Origin: Oikopleura dioica
Lineage: Eukaryota; Animalia; Chordata
Assembly: GCA_907165135.1 (NCBI GenBank)
Contig: OU015570.1
Span: forward strand, 1,116,001 to 1,180,000
Length of the DNA: 64,000 nt
Reading direction: 5' to 3'
Shown: one piece after another, positions 22,770-34,789 of the stretch
Position numbering within the stretch: the stretch's first letter is position 1
Layout: each line of letters opens with the position of its first letter
Translations under genes and position numbers: made by a program
The notes under the pieces: model-generated
Databases searched by the model: none
Seen by the model: only the letters and a program-made list of their open reading frames with translations
What the model was told of the DNA's origin: nothing

Positions 22770-25700
22770 TTATTTTTGAGATTTTCTTGGTCGTAGTCTT
22801 TTTGACCAGGCGTTTGAATGATTAACATTTTCTATTTCATCTTGTGAAATTGACGGTGCATTTGTAGCTGGCTCAGATATTACTGTATTATCTTTTTTTT
22901 CAGTTTTCTCAGTCTTGCGGGATATTTGTGACTTTCTGTCTTGCAGTAATTTGATGTTTCTATCATCATTATTTTGTGGTGATTTCATTCCTTGCTCGTC
23001 TTTGATTGTTTTGAAATTTGTCGAATCGCCAATCATGTTTTTAAGGGTACTATCTTCGATTTCCAGAAGGTGTCTTTTCGAAAGATGTATAAGAATCGGT
23101 TATTAGAAATGGATTCTTCATTAAATTTTATGATTATACCTAATTGACAACTATTCAAAATTATCAATACATCTTGAGATATGGCCTCTAGAAGTTTTTC
23201 GAAAAAATTTTGAACTTCGATTTTTTCGATCAAGTGCTTGTTCGAAAGCTCAGAGCAAGAGCAGTATGTTGCTAGCTGTATCTATCGCGACATCAAGATA
23301 TTTTAGATTCTAGAGCCAAAAATGTGTCGCAAACTTTTAAAAAATGCTCAATTTTCGCGAAATCGGCGAGACACAATTTTCAAAAAATTATTTTTGGTAT
23401 TTTTAGTTTTTCAATGAAAATATCCTTCTGTAATTTTAAAGATTAATGTTCAAACTTTATGTAAAAAATAAAATAAAGCCAAGTTATCAGACTTGTTTTT
23501 GAGTCATTCAACCGTTTATATAGGCCATTTTGGCGAAGATGACCACTTCAAGCAAAAATTTAGCCGCTTTTCGGTTAAGCAATTGATAAACCCCTCTGTA
23601 ATAGTTAAGATCTAGGACAGATCTTATCAATGAGCCCATATGAACTCAGCAATCATTCACAAGTTCCGAGTTATTCAAAGCTCAAGTTGGGGAAATCGAA
23701 GATAGTACCCTTAAGGGACGTATAAGTGATATGTGCCTTCTGTATTCACGTTTTGTAAGATCACATTTGACAATGTACGAGTCTTTAGAAATTCTCTTGT
23801 GGACAAAATAAGGTCCAGTCCAATTGGTCCCGAGTTTCCCATCAGAAATATTCGGCTTCCAGACGAGTACTACTGTACCTATTTCTAGAACAGGGCAGTT
23901 GTTTTTGTCTCGTCGGTCATGTTTTTGGTATCGTTCCACTTGGAATCGTTGGATAGCAGGATATAATTCTGTGATGTTGGTGGTGCACAGATGTAGTTAT
24001 TGAGAGCTTTTATAAAAGGCTCTTTTGCACCATCTTCAGATTCTCCAATTTTGAATGGAACGTGAAAAGCTCGACCATAAAGGGCTTCATTGCTGGAAAG
24101 ACCATCTAGTGTTTCTTTCGGCAAATTGTTGATGTAATATTTGGCTTGTTCCCATTTTTGCGACCAGTTTCGTAAGTGCGAATAACTCTTTTACACGCAT
24201 ACTTCTTTTTAAATCGGGTCCAGTTAGAGCTTTCGAGAAGTATCCAAGGGTGATGAGCTTGTCATCTTGGTACTGGTACAATGTCCCTCCAACACTTTGA
24301 CCAGAGCTGTCTGTTACGAGTAAGAGCTTCGAGCCAAGTTTGAAGTGGCCAAGTGTCGGTTTCTTAGTGAGCTCAGAGTTCATTTTCGAAAACGCGTTCT
24401 GGTGTCGATCAGTCCAGATGAACTCTTTTTTTAAGACTGGTGAGCTCGTATAAGGGCGCTAGAATTATTGACGCGTCCTTAACGTATTTTGCGTTAAAAG
24501 TGACCATTCCGAGATATCTCTTCAATTCTTTTCTTGATGTATGAACTGTGATTTTGTTGATTGCATCGATGTGTTTATCTGTCGGCTGGATTCCTGCTCT
24601 TGAGATTTTGTGACCAAGAAATTCTGTTTCGCGCATACAACGGATATATTTTGATGCGGACAATAAAAGTCCATGTTTTTGACATTGCTTCAGGATGAAT
24701 TCTAGGGTTTTCATGTGGCTTTGAAAATCACTGTCGATGCAGATGAGATCATCGAGATAGATAATTATTGAAGGGTGATTCATCAGCTTTGACATTATAC
24801 GCGAAAAAGCACTTGGCGCAATAGCGGTGCCATACAACATTCTGTTTGCTTGATAGTGCTTGTTTCCGAAGGAGAACGCCAGTTTGTGGAAGTCTTCTGC
24901 TGCACACTGAATTTGCCAGTAACCTCGGTGATAATCAAGAGAACTGATGTAGCAGGCATCGCCGGAAGTGAGTTTTTCGCCAATTCTGTTGAATACAGTA
25001 AGCATGTGGGGTAGTGGATATCTGTCCTTGATAAGCATTTTATTTAACCCTCTAGCAGTGTTGGAAAAAACCCGCCCGCGAACCCCGCGGGGGCGGCGGG
25101 CGGGGGCTGCGGGCGCCCGCGCCCCCCGTACCCGCAAAAAATTTCGGATCTGGCCCCCGCGCCCGCCCGCGACCGCAAAAAATTTCTGATTTGGCCCCCG
25201 CGCCCGCCCGCGACCGCAAAAAATTTCTGATTTGGCCCCCGCGCCCGCCCGCGCCCGTACAAATTTTTTTCAGCCGCCCGGGGCCCCCTTCCCTCGCCTT
25301 GAATTTAAATTGAGCTTGACGGCCAAATGGCCGATTCCCCCCTTTTTCTCCCTCCTTGGTTTTTGAATTCAAGGGATTCCCCTGTTTTTTCAACTCTTTA
25401 TCACAGGTCTCATGGCATGTTAACCTTACAACGACAAACCGGAATTTCACCCGCCGACGACAATTGTGGCATGTATGGCACATGGATTTTAATGCCATCG
25501 TTTGATCAATAGAATGCCCGAAACCAAAGCCTAACCCAAACCAAAACAGAGCCCGAAACCTAAACTCGAACATGAACCTAGTGTCCATCCCAGTCTAGTG
25601 ACCAAAATGGAAGAAATGGAAGAAAAGAGAAAAATGGGCGTTAAAAAGTTTTTGTGCCATATATTCCTAGCTTTCTGAGAATCATTTTGATGTATCACAC

Positions 25701-26992
25701 TATCCCTTAACAAACATCTTAACCCGAAATTTTTGCCCACGTAAAAATGGGTATAAATAGTACTAAGCGTGAAAATGGCGATTTTTTCCGCCTTCGGGCC
25801 GTCTCAGCCCTGTTCCATGATTTTTGAATTTAAGGGCTTGACGGCCCTTCGGGCCGTCTCAGCCCTGTTTCAAGATTTTTGAATTTAAGGGGCTTGACAA
25901 TGGCTGGGAACTCTAAGTTGATCAATCTCAGTTTTGTCCCCAACCCCACCCACACCCATCGTTTGAAAAATTCAAATTATCTTAGTTTATAACTCTATTA
26001 TGGTTTTTATCAAAAATTATTTTTTTTATTTGCTGATTTCTGAACCCGCGGGGCTTGCGGACGCGAGGGTTACGGGCGCCCTCCACCCCCCGGGCGCCCG
26101 CGGGCGCGAAAATCTGCGGGGCCCCCGCCCGCGCCCGCCCGGACCCGCACGAAATTTTTGAGTTGGCCCCCGCGCCCGCCCGGACCCGCAGGAAATTTTG
26201 GAATTGGCAACCGCGCCCGCCCGCACCCGCGGAAAATTTTGAAATCGGCCCCCGCGCCCGCCCGCGCCCGCGGGAAATGTTGCGGGTTTTCCAACACTGC
26301 CCTCTAGCGTCAAGGCTTATTCTTATGCTTGAATCTGGCTTCTTCAAAATAATCAGCGGTATGTTAAAGTCAGATTGTGTCTCTTCGATAATCCCCAATG
26401 ATTTCCAACTGTCAATTTCGTTTTCAACTTGGTCTCGGATGTGCACTAGAATCGGTCGTGTTGGTTTGTGGCTCGATTTTGATTCGTCGTGAGTTGGTAA
26501 AGCGAACCTGAATCCGTGAAGTTAACCAAGATCTTCACTTGACATTGAGAATGAGAGACGATACTTCTCCACAAGTTCAGTAAGAATCGCTTATTCGACG
26601 TCAGTTGCGGCGCCAAAGCTTCCAATTTTCGGAGAAAAATTGACTTCATTAGCTAGAGACTCGCGTGTTTTTCGGAATATTTCAAGTGAAGCGGCTTCTG
26701 ATTCAGATTTGAGGTCCACTTCAATGATTGCTGAAATTTTGATAAGATTTGACGCGTTTTCTGGAGATACTGTATTGACTCTGTAATTTTCCAGCGTAAC
26801 GTAATTCTCTCCAGCATTAAAGGACAATTTTTTCAGGCAATCGAGCCCAAGTATAATCGGTACACTAAGGTCATTAACCACCAAAGGAGAGCGATTCAGG
26901 GTAAAATATCCATCCGGTGAATTGATTCGAAGTTCCACTTTAGAGCACATTGTTTTTCTGGATCTTAAGGGACTCCGCCGACCCAGCTTCAC
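22770..26992 (-). pseudogene. pol: Ty3/gypsy pol (protease C-terminus, RT, RNase H, integrase C-terminus), element B
   Basis: PIILGLDCL; IPLIILKKPDSSIRISLDARG|LNKMLIKDRYPLP; YLDD; LLVTDSS...YFSKAL; WTGPYFV GPY/F; integrase core deleted. Confidence 0.92.
25056..26299. mobile_element. hAT-like non-autonomous element inserted in RT
   Basis: Perfect 8-bp TSD ccctctag (25048-55, 26300-07); TIR CAGTGTTGGAAAA; GC-rich cccgcgcccgccc subterminal repeats. Confidence 0.9.
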
Positions 26993-27329
26993 GCGCGCGG
27001 CTCGCTCTTCTTCACTCTCACTTTCAATGGGGACAATATTTTTCGATTTTCTTGAAATTTTAGGACCTAACTAAATCTTTTATTCTCTTTCACATCCACC
27101 TTTTAAAATTTTCATACGTTGTAGTTACGCTGAGTGGCGGCAAAAACTTGGACGCTCGATTTCAAGTGTACATAAGTACTCGAAATAATCGGATTGAGAC
27201 TTTGATACTCGACTCATTGGAAAGCCCGTAGTCTCTTCTATAAAGGCTACGCTGTGAGATTATTTGAAAATAAATAAAATTAATATCATTGAGCGATAAA
27301 ATAAAGGGACACAGCGGAGGCCGCGCGCT

Positions 27330-27958
27330 AACAATGTAAAAGGGCGGATTTCACGCCGAGCAATCCAGGTGACCCGCATTAATCCCTCGATAATCAGATA
27401 AGAAAACAATTCTTGGAAATCTAACAGCCTCCGAAATTTCTACTATGAAGTAGAGGAACTTGTCCGAACAACCTTAACTACTGGAAGTGAACCAGTTCCG
27501 GACGAGATCGTCAAGCAAATTGCCTTAGAGGAATTCCTAAGCAAATTGCCAAAGAAAATCCAGAATCATGATATGCTTAATGAGTTTCGTAAAAAGGTTG
27601 ACAGTAAAAAACGCAAGTATGACGATGTCATTGAAAAATGCATCGAGTTATTCCACAAATACAAAAATGGTGAAATGGAAGTCAATACCATTCGCAATGA
27701 CAAACAAAACTCCGGAAAATTCAAGTCTTACAACAACCGTAAGCCTGGCAATAAACAAGGCGGAAAGGTAATTTGCCATTATTGCCAGAAGCCGGGTCAT
27801 AGGAAACCGGATTGTTGAAAATTAAAGTACGACATGTCACAGAAGAAAGATGGCGAAAAACAGAAAATTATCTGTAATTTTTGCCATAAACCCGGCCACA
27901 AAGCGAATGTTTGTCGAGCGAAACTTGCGGGCGACACTGGGAAATTGATCGGGTAGGT
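27330..27958 (+). pseudogene. gag: gag remnant with two CCHC zinc knuckles
   Basis: CHYCQKPGHRKPDC*...CNFCHKPGHKANVC; stops and frameshifts. Confidence 0.85.
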
Positions 27959-27959
27959 A

Positions 27960-28166
27960 ACACTTCGAGCAAGTCAAAGTGATTGTTGTTGCAGAGGTGG
28001 TGTTTCGATGGACGAGTTTGTATCTCTTTTTTCTGTCGCCGTGCTCGAACCACCATGCGACTCCATCTTTTCTGTCGGATGTTGTGATCTCGATGAGAAA
28101 TCCTTTTTCTTCGCTTCCTCTCTTGTCGTCTGTGTCAAGTTTTTTTATTTCTTTCAAAAAATCCAT
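27960..28166 (-). pseudogene. possible FLYWCH-like or transposase N-terminal fragment
   Basis: ITTSDRKDGVAWWFEHGDRKKRYKLVHRNTTSATTITLTCSKC; pattern resemblance only. Confidence 0.2.
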
Positions 28167-28446
28167 TTTTTGATTTTTAAGGAATGAGCAAAATGAAGAA
28201 AAAGATTCCCCTTATATGAGGAAATTTTGGTGAATCGGCATTCTATTTTAAGAACTGAATCCTCCGGTATCGAACTAGAAAGGCGGCAAAAAAAGGTGAC
28301 AAGTCTCACGCTCCATCCGAAAGAGCTATCAATTCGATTGAACTCGCTTCTCCATCGCCAATTCATTATAAAGATCGCTGGGACTTTCGTAATGTCCCCC
28401 ATCATATCAGCAGAAAATTATCAAAACTAATTGCCCCTTACCACTT

Positions 28447-29110
28447 GGGTTAGGTTCCTTGGGTTAGTTTCTACCTTGGGTTAGTTTCTACCTTGAGTTA
28501 GTTTCTACCTTGGGATAGTTTTTACCTTGGGTTAATTTCTACCTCGGCTTAGTTTCGAAAGGTTTCAGGGTTAACAAGACCTCCGGGAAAGTCCTCAGGG
28601 AAGTCTCGTCCCTCGTGGAAGTCTCGTCCCTCGTGGAAGTCTAGTCCCTCGTTGAAGTCTCGTCCCTCAGGGCAGTCTCGTCCCTCAGGGCAGTCTCGTC
28701 CCGCAGGGCAGTCGCGTCCCTCAGGGAAGTCTCGGCCATTCGGACGATAGGCGGCCGGTCTTTAATTCGACCTGGACGCGAAGAGTACTCGAACCTTGGG
28801 TAATTCCTCGGGTAATTCCTTCTGCCTTTGGAAGTTTTTGCCCTCGGAAGTTTCTGCCTTTGGAAGTTTTTGCCCTCGGAAGTTTATGCCTTTGGAAGAT
28901 TCTGCCTTGGGAAGTTTCTGCCCTCGGAAGTTTCTGCCTTGGGGAGTTTCTGCCCTCGGAAGTTTCTGCCTCTGGAAGTTTCTGCCCTCGAGAATTTCTG
29001 CCTTTGGAGGTTTCTGCCCTCGGAAGTTTCTGCCTTTGGAAGTTTCTGCCCTCGGAAGTTTCTGCCCGGAAGTTTCTGCCTTGGGAAGGTTCTGCTTCGG
29101 GAGATTTCTG
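28447..29110. repeat. three adjacent 16-18 bp minisatellites
   Basis: ttgggttagtttctacc (28447-28550); ggaagtctcgtccctc (28590-28730); ggaagtttctgccctc/ttt (28820-29110). Confidence 0.85.
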
Positions 29111-30062
29111 CCCTGGGTTTATTCCTACCCTGAAAGTCTTCAAGTTAGCATTTTCGCGTCTGCTGTACGTGGAAGTTGTCAACCACGCGTTTTCGCGTTT
29201 GGGAGGTTGAGGACCTCGGCCATGGTAACTCCGCTAACGACGTCAAAATCTGTAGGGAGGTTCCGGACCTCGCTCTTATCGCCCGTCCGGCTCCGGTAAA
29301 AGCCCTAACAACCACAAAAGTCTAAGGGAGGTTTTCAACCGCGGCCCTTATCGGCTCTTTCACTTTTACTCTTCCCTGGCTGGCAAGAGAAGGCCCTTGT
29401 AAATAGTTTTTTTACGACCTTTTTTGAATAAGCAGATTGTTTGATAAAACCACAGTGAGACAAATATAGGGAATGTTCTATCATTAGGGCTAGAATCGGA
29501 AGCTTAAAAGTGGGGCCGCAACGCCGTAAACACAACATTATCGTCGTAAATCTGTAAGGCGGAGCACGCTGAAGTCGGTCAAAATATCATAGATGTCTTG
29601 CAGAGCAGCTGGTACCGGAGAGATGCCATAAATTCCAAAATTGCGAAATGCGCACCACGAGGGGGCCAGAGCTCGACTAAGGAAGACCGGAAAGAAAAGA
29701 ATCGAGACCAGATCATTCGCACACTTCGAGAAAAGCAAGACAACCAGAGTTCGATTAATCATCAGCTCTTCAAAACTGAGAGAATTCGCCACGGCGCCCA
29801 TTATGCCAGACACAGTTGCCAATCTCGGTACAAAGGTAGTTATACTTGCAAATTTAAAAGTAAACGGGAAAACAGTAGTTAAAAAGAGGGAATAACAAGA
29901 AAAATTAAGTACCACTTGACCGAAGAAAACATCAGCAATTTCTACGAAATCATCAGCCTAGCAATTCCATCTATCAATCCGCCAGAACACGTTCTTAGGC
30001 TCATTAGGAACCTCAAGGAACGAAAAGAATACCTCCGGAGATTGACATAAAGGAAGAACGCC

Positions 30063-30656
30063 ATGCTCTTCGGCGACGTGCTGGCTCTCGCAACGAAAGT
30101 AGACCTGGACTCGCCCCTTCACGACATCACGTTCCTAGACAACCCAAAAACGGCATTTGCCGTGATCGCCGAGATAGCTCGCCTCAGGGATCTTCACGAG
30201 AACACGCTCGGGTGGCCAAGTGCTCACGACAGCTTCGAGATCAAATTCGCACTACGAGACTTCACGGCCGCGGAACGAATTTCCGGTTGTCTGACATCGG
30301 CCATCTGGGCAGACAAAGAAGATAACCCCGGGAGTGTAGATTACACTCCGATCGTGAATTGGGTGCTCAAGCAGAAGAACAGGCAACACTCAACGGCAAC
30401 AATCAGACAAACAAGGGGATGCCTCGACGACGCCGCCAACATTCTTCTTGGTGTCACAACAGACGACGACTGCATCCTCAGCCTCCGCGTGCACCGAAGA
30501 CTCACTGTTGATGAACACTTCCGCATAACCGAAATAGTGAACTCGTCCCTCAACGACGCAACATGGACCGTGACTCGACGAAGTGGATGGATGCGAATCG
30601 CAAGCGAGGCCATTCTTCACCGACTCTTGAGCGGAGAAGTCCAGCTGATCGAATAA
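30063..30656 (+). CDS. hypothetical protein (197 aa), intronless
   Basis: Open ATG-to-stop frame with globular-protein composition; no motif recognised. Confidence 0.45.
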   Translation: MLFGDVLALATKVDLDSPLHDITFLDNPKTAFAVIAEIARLRDLHENTLGWPSAHDSFEIKFALRDFTAAERISGCLTSAIWADKEDNPGSVDYTPIVNWVLKQKNRQHSTATIRQTRGCLDDAANILLGVTTDDDCILSLRVHRRLTVDEHFRITEIVNSSLNDATWTVTRRSGWMRIASEAILHRLLSGEVQLIE

Positions 30657-31396
30657 TGCCAACAACACGTAGAAGCCAATTCAAAGAAGAAATTCCACTC
30701 AAACGTCCTTGCTGCTTATTGCCATTGTTTTCGATTTTCCTTCTATCACAAATCTTAACTCAACTCGGACCCGTTTATTTTCCCTAAAAATTGCATCACT
30801 TAAACATAAATCCTCTTCCATCACCAAATTACCAGCGTTTTATCAAATCAACATGCTTTTGATCTGATTCCTTTCCGGAAATAAGAATATCAAACGAAAT
30901 AAACTGCGAAAGGTTACTAACGGTCAATCCTTTAGAAAAATGATCATGGTCATGAATGTGATGCAGACGCTTTACGAACTAGCGATGATCGAATCCCAGA
31001 GCCCCGATGGAATTTTCCTGGACTTCACACCGACCGAGTTTTTTCTTCGACCCCGGGGGAGTTCTAAGGTAGGAGAGGGGAAAAAAGAAGAGTATACGGA
31101 TTAACGACTCGTTAAAGATGGGCCAGAGAATGCGAATCATCACAATTCTACTTGGACTCGCGCAGAATGAAAAGCCATACAAAAGATGCCAGATTGCTTA
31201 CTGGAGCCTTTGGAGAGAACTCATGCGAATGGATTTAAAGATCGTGGAAACAATGAGCGCGGAAGCCGTTGGAATTTACCTGGAAATAGTCACTCTTGAA
31301 GCAAGAAAGAATTTTAGCTGAAAGTAAAGGAATGAGCTGTAAATAAAAAAGCAAAAGGGAGAATGAACCCTCGAGATTATAAAACCTCTATTCAGC

Positions 31397-31813
31397 ATGA
31401 CGCATGACGAACTTTTAAAAATATACACGATTCTTAACTTAGACTCAGCAAGGCGTAGATGTCGAGAGAATGGTATTCTCGGGAACGGTTTGATAACTCC
31501 AGGAATTCTCGATCAATTAGCAGAAATGGAGTCGGCAATAAGAACGCCTTGCCTAGTTAGTCTGGCATCCGAATTCTTCGAGCATAAATCACACGCAAAT
31601 AGAAACATGGACCCGAGAGAAGCTACGCTCATACTCGCCCGCTTGGCCGGGGAGATTCTGGACCTCGTCTTTGAGAACAAAGAAGACAGCCGGCAACTAA
31701 GAGTCGCATCTACAATACTTAAGAGTAGTCTTCTTCTTGAGGAATACGAAGATAGTGATAGAACAATAAGATCTGCCATTCTCGAGATGAACCTCAACTT
31801 CTTGATTGAATAG
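31397..31813 (+). CDS. hypothetical helical protein (138 aa), intronless
   Basis: Open ATG-to-stop frame; no motif recognised. Confidence 0.4.
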   Translation: MTHDELLKIYTILNLDSARRRCRENGILGNGLITPGILDQLAEMESAIRTPCLVSLASEFFEHKSHANRNMDPREATLILARLAGEILDLVFENKEDSRQLRVASTILKSSLLLEEYEDSDRTIRSAILEMNLNFLIE

Positions 31814-31849
31814 AAGTAACTCACTGGATCAAATTTAGAATGGGAAATG

Positions 31850-32700
31850 CATCAATTCAGTTGACCCCGAAACTGCCACGTATCTGGTAGTCCCTCCGAC
31901 CATCTTCCTCGGAACCTTGGGAATCATTGTCTGCGTTTGATTGTCTCGGATAGGAGTTACGGCCTATCCGAGATAAATCCGCCTTTCAAGTCGCCCAAGC
32001 AATGTTCAGTATCTTTATGGTACGGGGCCCGCCGCTTAATGTCACGTCCGACAATGCGATGGAATTTAAAAACGGCATGCTTGGGAGTCTACTAAGATCA
32101 TTCGGAGTAGCCGAAGCACATGGAACACCCTACCGACCCCAATCACAGGGTCTCGTCGAACGCCTGAATTAAAAATTTAAAAAAGCTGTTAGAACTTATG
32201 GGAGCCCAACAAGCTAGGACTTGCTTCTCCCTGGAATCGCATTATCAATTAACCTAACGGTTCATAAAGCTTTAGGAATCTCGCCTTTCTACGCATTACA
32301 TGGATGGAATACTGCACGGAAGAAAGCGAGACCCTGAAAGATGTACCATACAAGCATAGAGACTGGATCGCCTTAGCCGGGAAACATATGACTAAAACTC
32401 TTAGCCTGCTATCAGGCCGAGCGGTTCGTCCTGCGGAGAAATCGGTTTCTGACGCACCCGGTGTATAAGACGTTAACCAGGAAGTATTGCTGAAGCACGA
32501 GCAGCCACCAGCTGTATGTGGTAAGGTATTCCAGCCCTGGAAAGGCTGATTTTTCGTGAAAAAGCGCATTGACACGAATGCGTACCTGCTCAGTAATCCA
32601 GAAGTTCCTCGACGCCATTTCATTGCGCATAGGTCACGGATACGACCTATCGACCGTCACAAAGATGGCGAAGACTCAAAAGAAGAAGAAGGTCGACCCG
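31850..32700 (+). pseudogene. pol: Ty3/gypsy integrase (core plus GPY/F), 5'-truncated
   Basis: EPWESLS; GIIVCV.LSR; PIRDKSAFQVAQAMFSIFMVRGPPLNVTSDNAMEFKN...TPYRPQSQGLVERLN; GISPFYALHG; QPWKG*FFVKKRIDTNAYLL. Confidence 0.9.
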
Positions 32701-33085
32701 AAAAAGTAAGTGGCTATTGATAACCAAGTCTTCAAAAGAAATATAGGAACTAGATGAGACGACCGAGGAAAACGAGCTCGAATGTCCAGAGCCACCGAGG
32801 TATCCGAAAAGAAAGAGAGCTCCGGTCAACTTCTGTCAGCTTAGACCAAGGTAACTCCCTAAGGGACAGGGATCAACGATAAGTCATAGAACTAAACTGT
32901 TGTTAAAGGCTACCGAGGAACGCTGCGAAAAAAAAAGAGCCCCATTATTACAAATGGAGACAAATAGAAGAAACAAAGAAGAAGAAGTTTATGCTGTTTG
33001 AGTTGAAAAAGTTCAATCCCTTTTAAATTCAAGAAAAAAAAAATAAGTTGTTTATGGGACCCTGTCTGAAAGGAAAACATTTAGA

Positions 33086-33352
33086 ATGTATTATGATGGC
33101 GTTCCAAATATAAGTGTGAGTTGCAACAGCCTGGCAACCAGCGACAGCCGTGTTCGAGCGACATTGACCGCGATTGCTCAAAATACCTGGCTTGCCTTTG
33201 GCCTCCTCGCGCTTATTTTTCTGGTTGGGTTTGGCGTGGGCAAGACTGTAACACTGTGTTTCCTGAGAATCCTCAAAAAAAGAAAAATCCGTGATATTTC
33301 AGGAAGAAAAAATGAACAGACACTACCGTCATCTCCGACCATAGTAATGTAA
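33086..33352 (+). CDS. small single-pass membrane protein (88 aa; may be the tail of a longer decayed ORF)
   Basis: WLAFGLLALIFLVGFGVGKTVTLCFL followed by polybasic RILKKRKIR. Confidence 0.5.
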   Translation: MYYDGVPNISVSCNSLATSDSRVRATLTAIAQNTWLAFGLLALIFLVGFGVGKTVTLCFLRILKKRKIRDISGRKNEQTLPSSPTIVM

Positions 33353-33721
33353 GTGTCTTAATATGGGAAAAGATTAACTTAGCCTTCTTAGGCCTACGTC
33401 TTTTCAACGGGAGCCCTGGCCTCAAAGAGCGATGCTCTACCCCGCCCTCCTGGAAAGAGCATCTCCGCACAATTCCGAATACTTCGTATAAATCGCAGAA
33501 AAGCGAGACGCTCTACAATGTCACTGTTAAACCTCAATTCCATTATGTCTCCTGATGAGTGAACATAACTTGATTAAGCCGAGTAATTATGCTATCCCTT
33601 TCAGACTGTCGCATAGGATAATTAATAACTTAAAGGTGGTTGACCGAAAAACAGTGAGCGGCTCAGTCCACAGCGCAGAGTTAAAAATCGCTAGTGGATT
33701 GGATTCAAATCATGCCTTTCG

Positions 33722-34789
33722 ATGCTTGTCGTCTGCTCAACGGAAGAAATCCGAATCCAAATCATGAACAATTTTCGGATCGCCTGCCCGCTTGATCAGC
33801 TACCTTGTCAACCGGACCAGTGTGAGCGCATTGATTTAGAAGTTTCAAAAGACTTCGAAAGAATCTACGAATTCAGTGAGAAACGCAACGCACATATTAA
33901 TGGATTTCGAACAGCTTACAAGGACTTGGGAAACCCGCACAAGATGGCTAGTAGATTCGAGCGCTCTTCTCATAAAGAACACGATGCTCGTGGACGAAGG
34001 AAGATATCGCTGCTTAATTGAAGCAAATAAGAAATGGAACGACGAGGGCATAATACGCGCCCTTGAGACAAATGTCGTCACATTAGTCCCACCCAAAATC
34101 ATTTCTCTCGAAAAGCATCGGCAAAATCTTAAAGCGCCACAGGATGAGTGGTAAGATGTAGCATCGTGTGTCTACGATCAAGGAAAACCGCCGGCAATGA
34201 TCGTCTGGACAAATAGTAATGGAGATAGGATCGAGACAGAATTTAAAACAAAAACTCGATCGAATGGGCAACGTACACGCCAGACAATATTTTTAAGCCC
34301 ATTGCCTGTTTAAATAATCTTGAAATCAAGCGCAAAATTATTCATGAACACGTAGAAGAATATTCGGCTGAAATCCGTCTCAACGTTATTTTCAGGCCCA
34401 CAAAACCGGTTATCAACAGAGAAGATGGAAAACTCACATGTGTGTCGACTGCGAATCCGAGCCCAAACATCACATGGACAATGACGAACGTAAATCAAGT
34501 TTTAATTTAATCCGTGGAGTCCGAGAACTTAACTCTGGAGGAAAATATAAACCCGCTCGACCTATACACCTGCTCCGCCAGTAATGTTATGGGAACGGAA
34601 AGCCTGACCATACGATTACCTAGAGAAATAGGGAAAGTTGTAAAGCACTTCCTACTGATCTCGGCTTTATTAACAATTGGACTCACTTGCGCTATAGTCG
34701 TCATCAATGTCTGGAAACTTATGCATCTGGAAGAAAGAGAAGTAAACGAATCACGCATAATAGTGGGAACGAGCTTTTCCGCCGTTTAA
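33722..34789 (+). pseudogene. intronless nectin/CADM-like IgSF type-I membrane protein (V + C2 + I/C2 domains, TM, PDZ-type end)
   Basis: FRIACP...SALLIKNTMLVDEGRYRCLI; VASCVYDQGKPPAMIVW...LEIK(R)KIIHE; LTCVSTANPSPNITW...LYTCSASNVMG; TM FLLISALLTIGLTCAIVVINVW; ends FSAV*. One stop and about three frameshifts. Confidence 0.85.
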
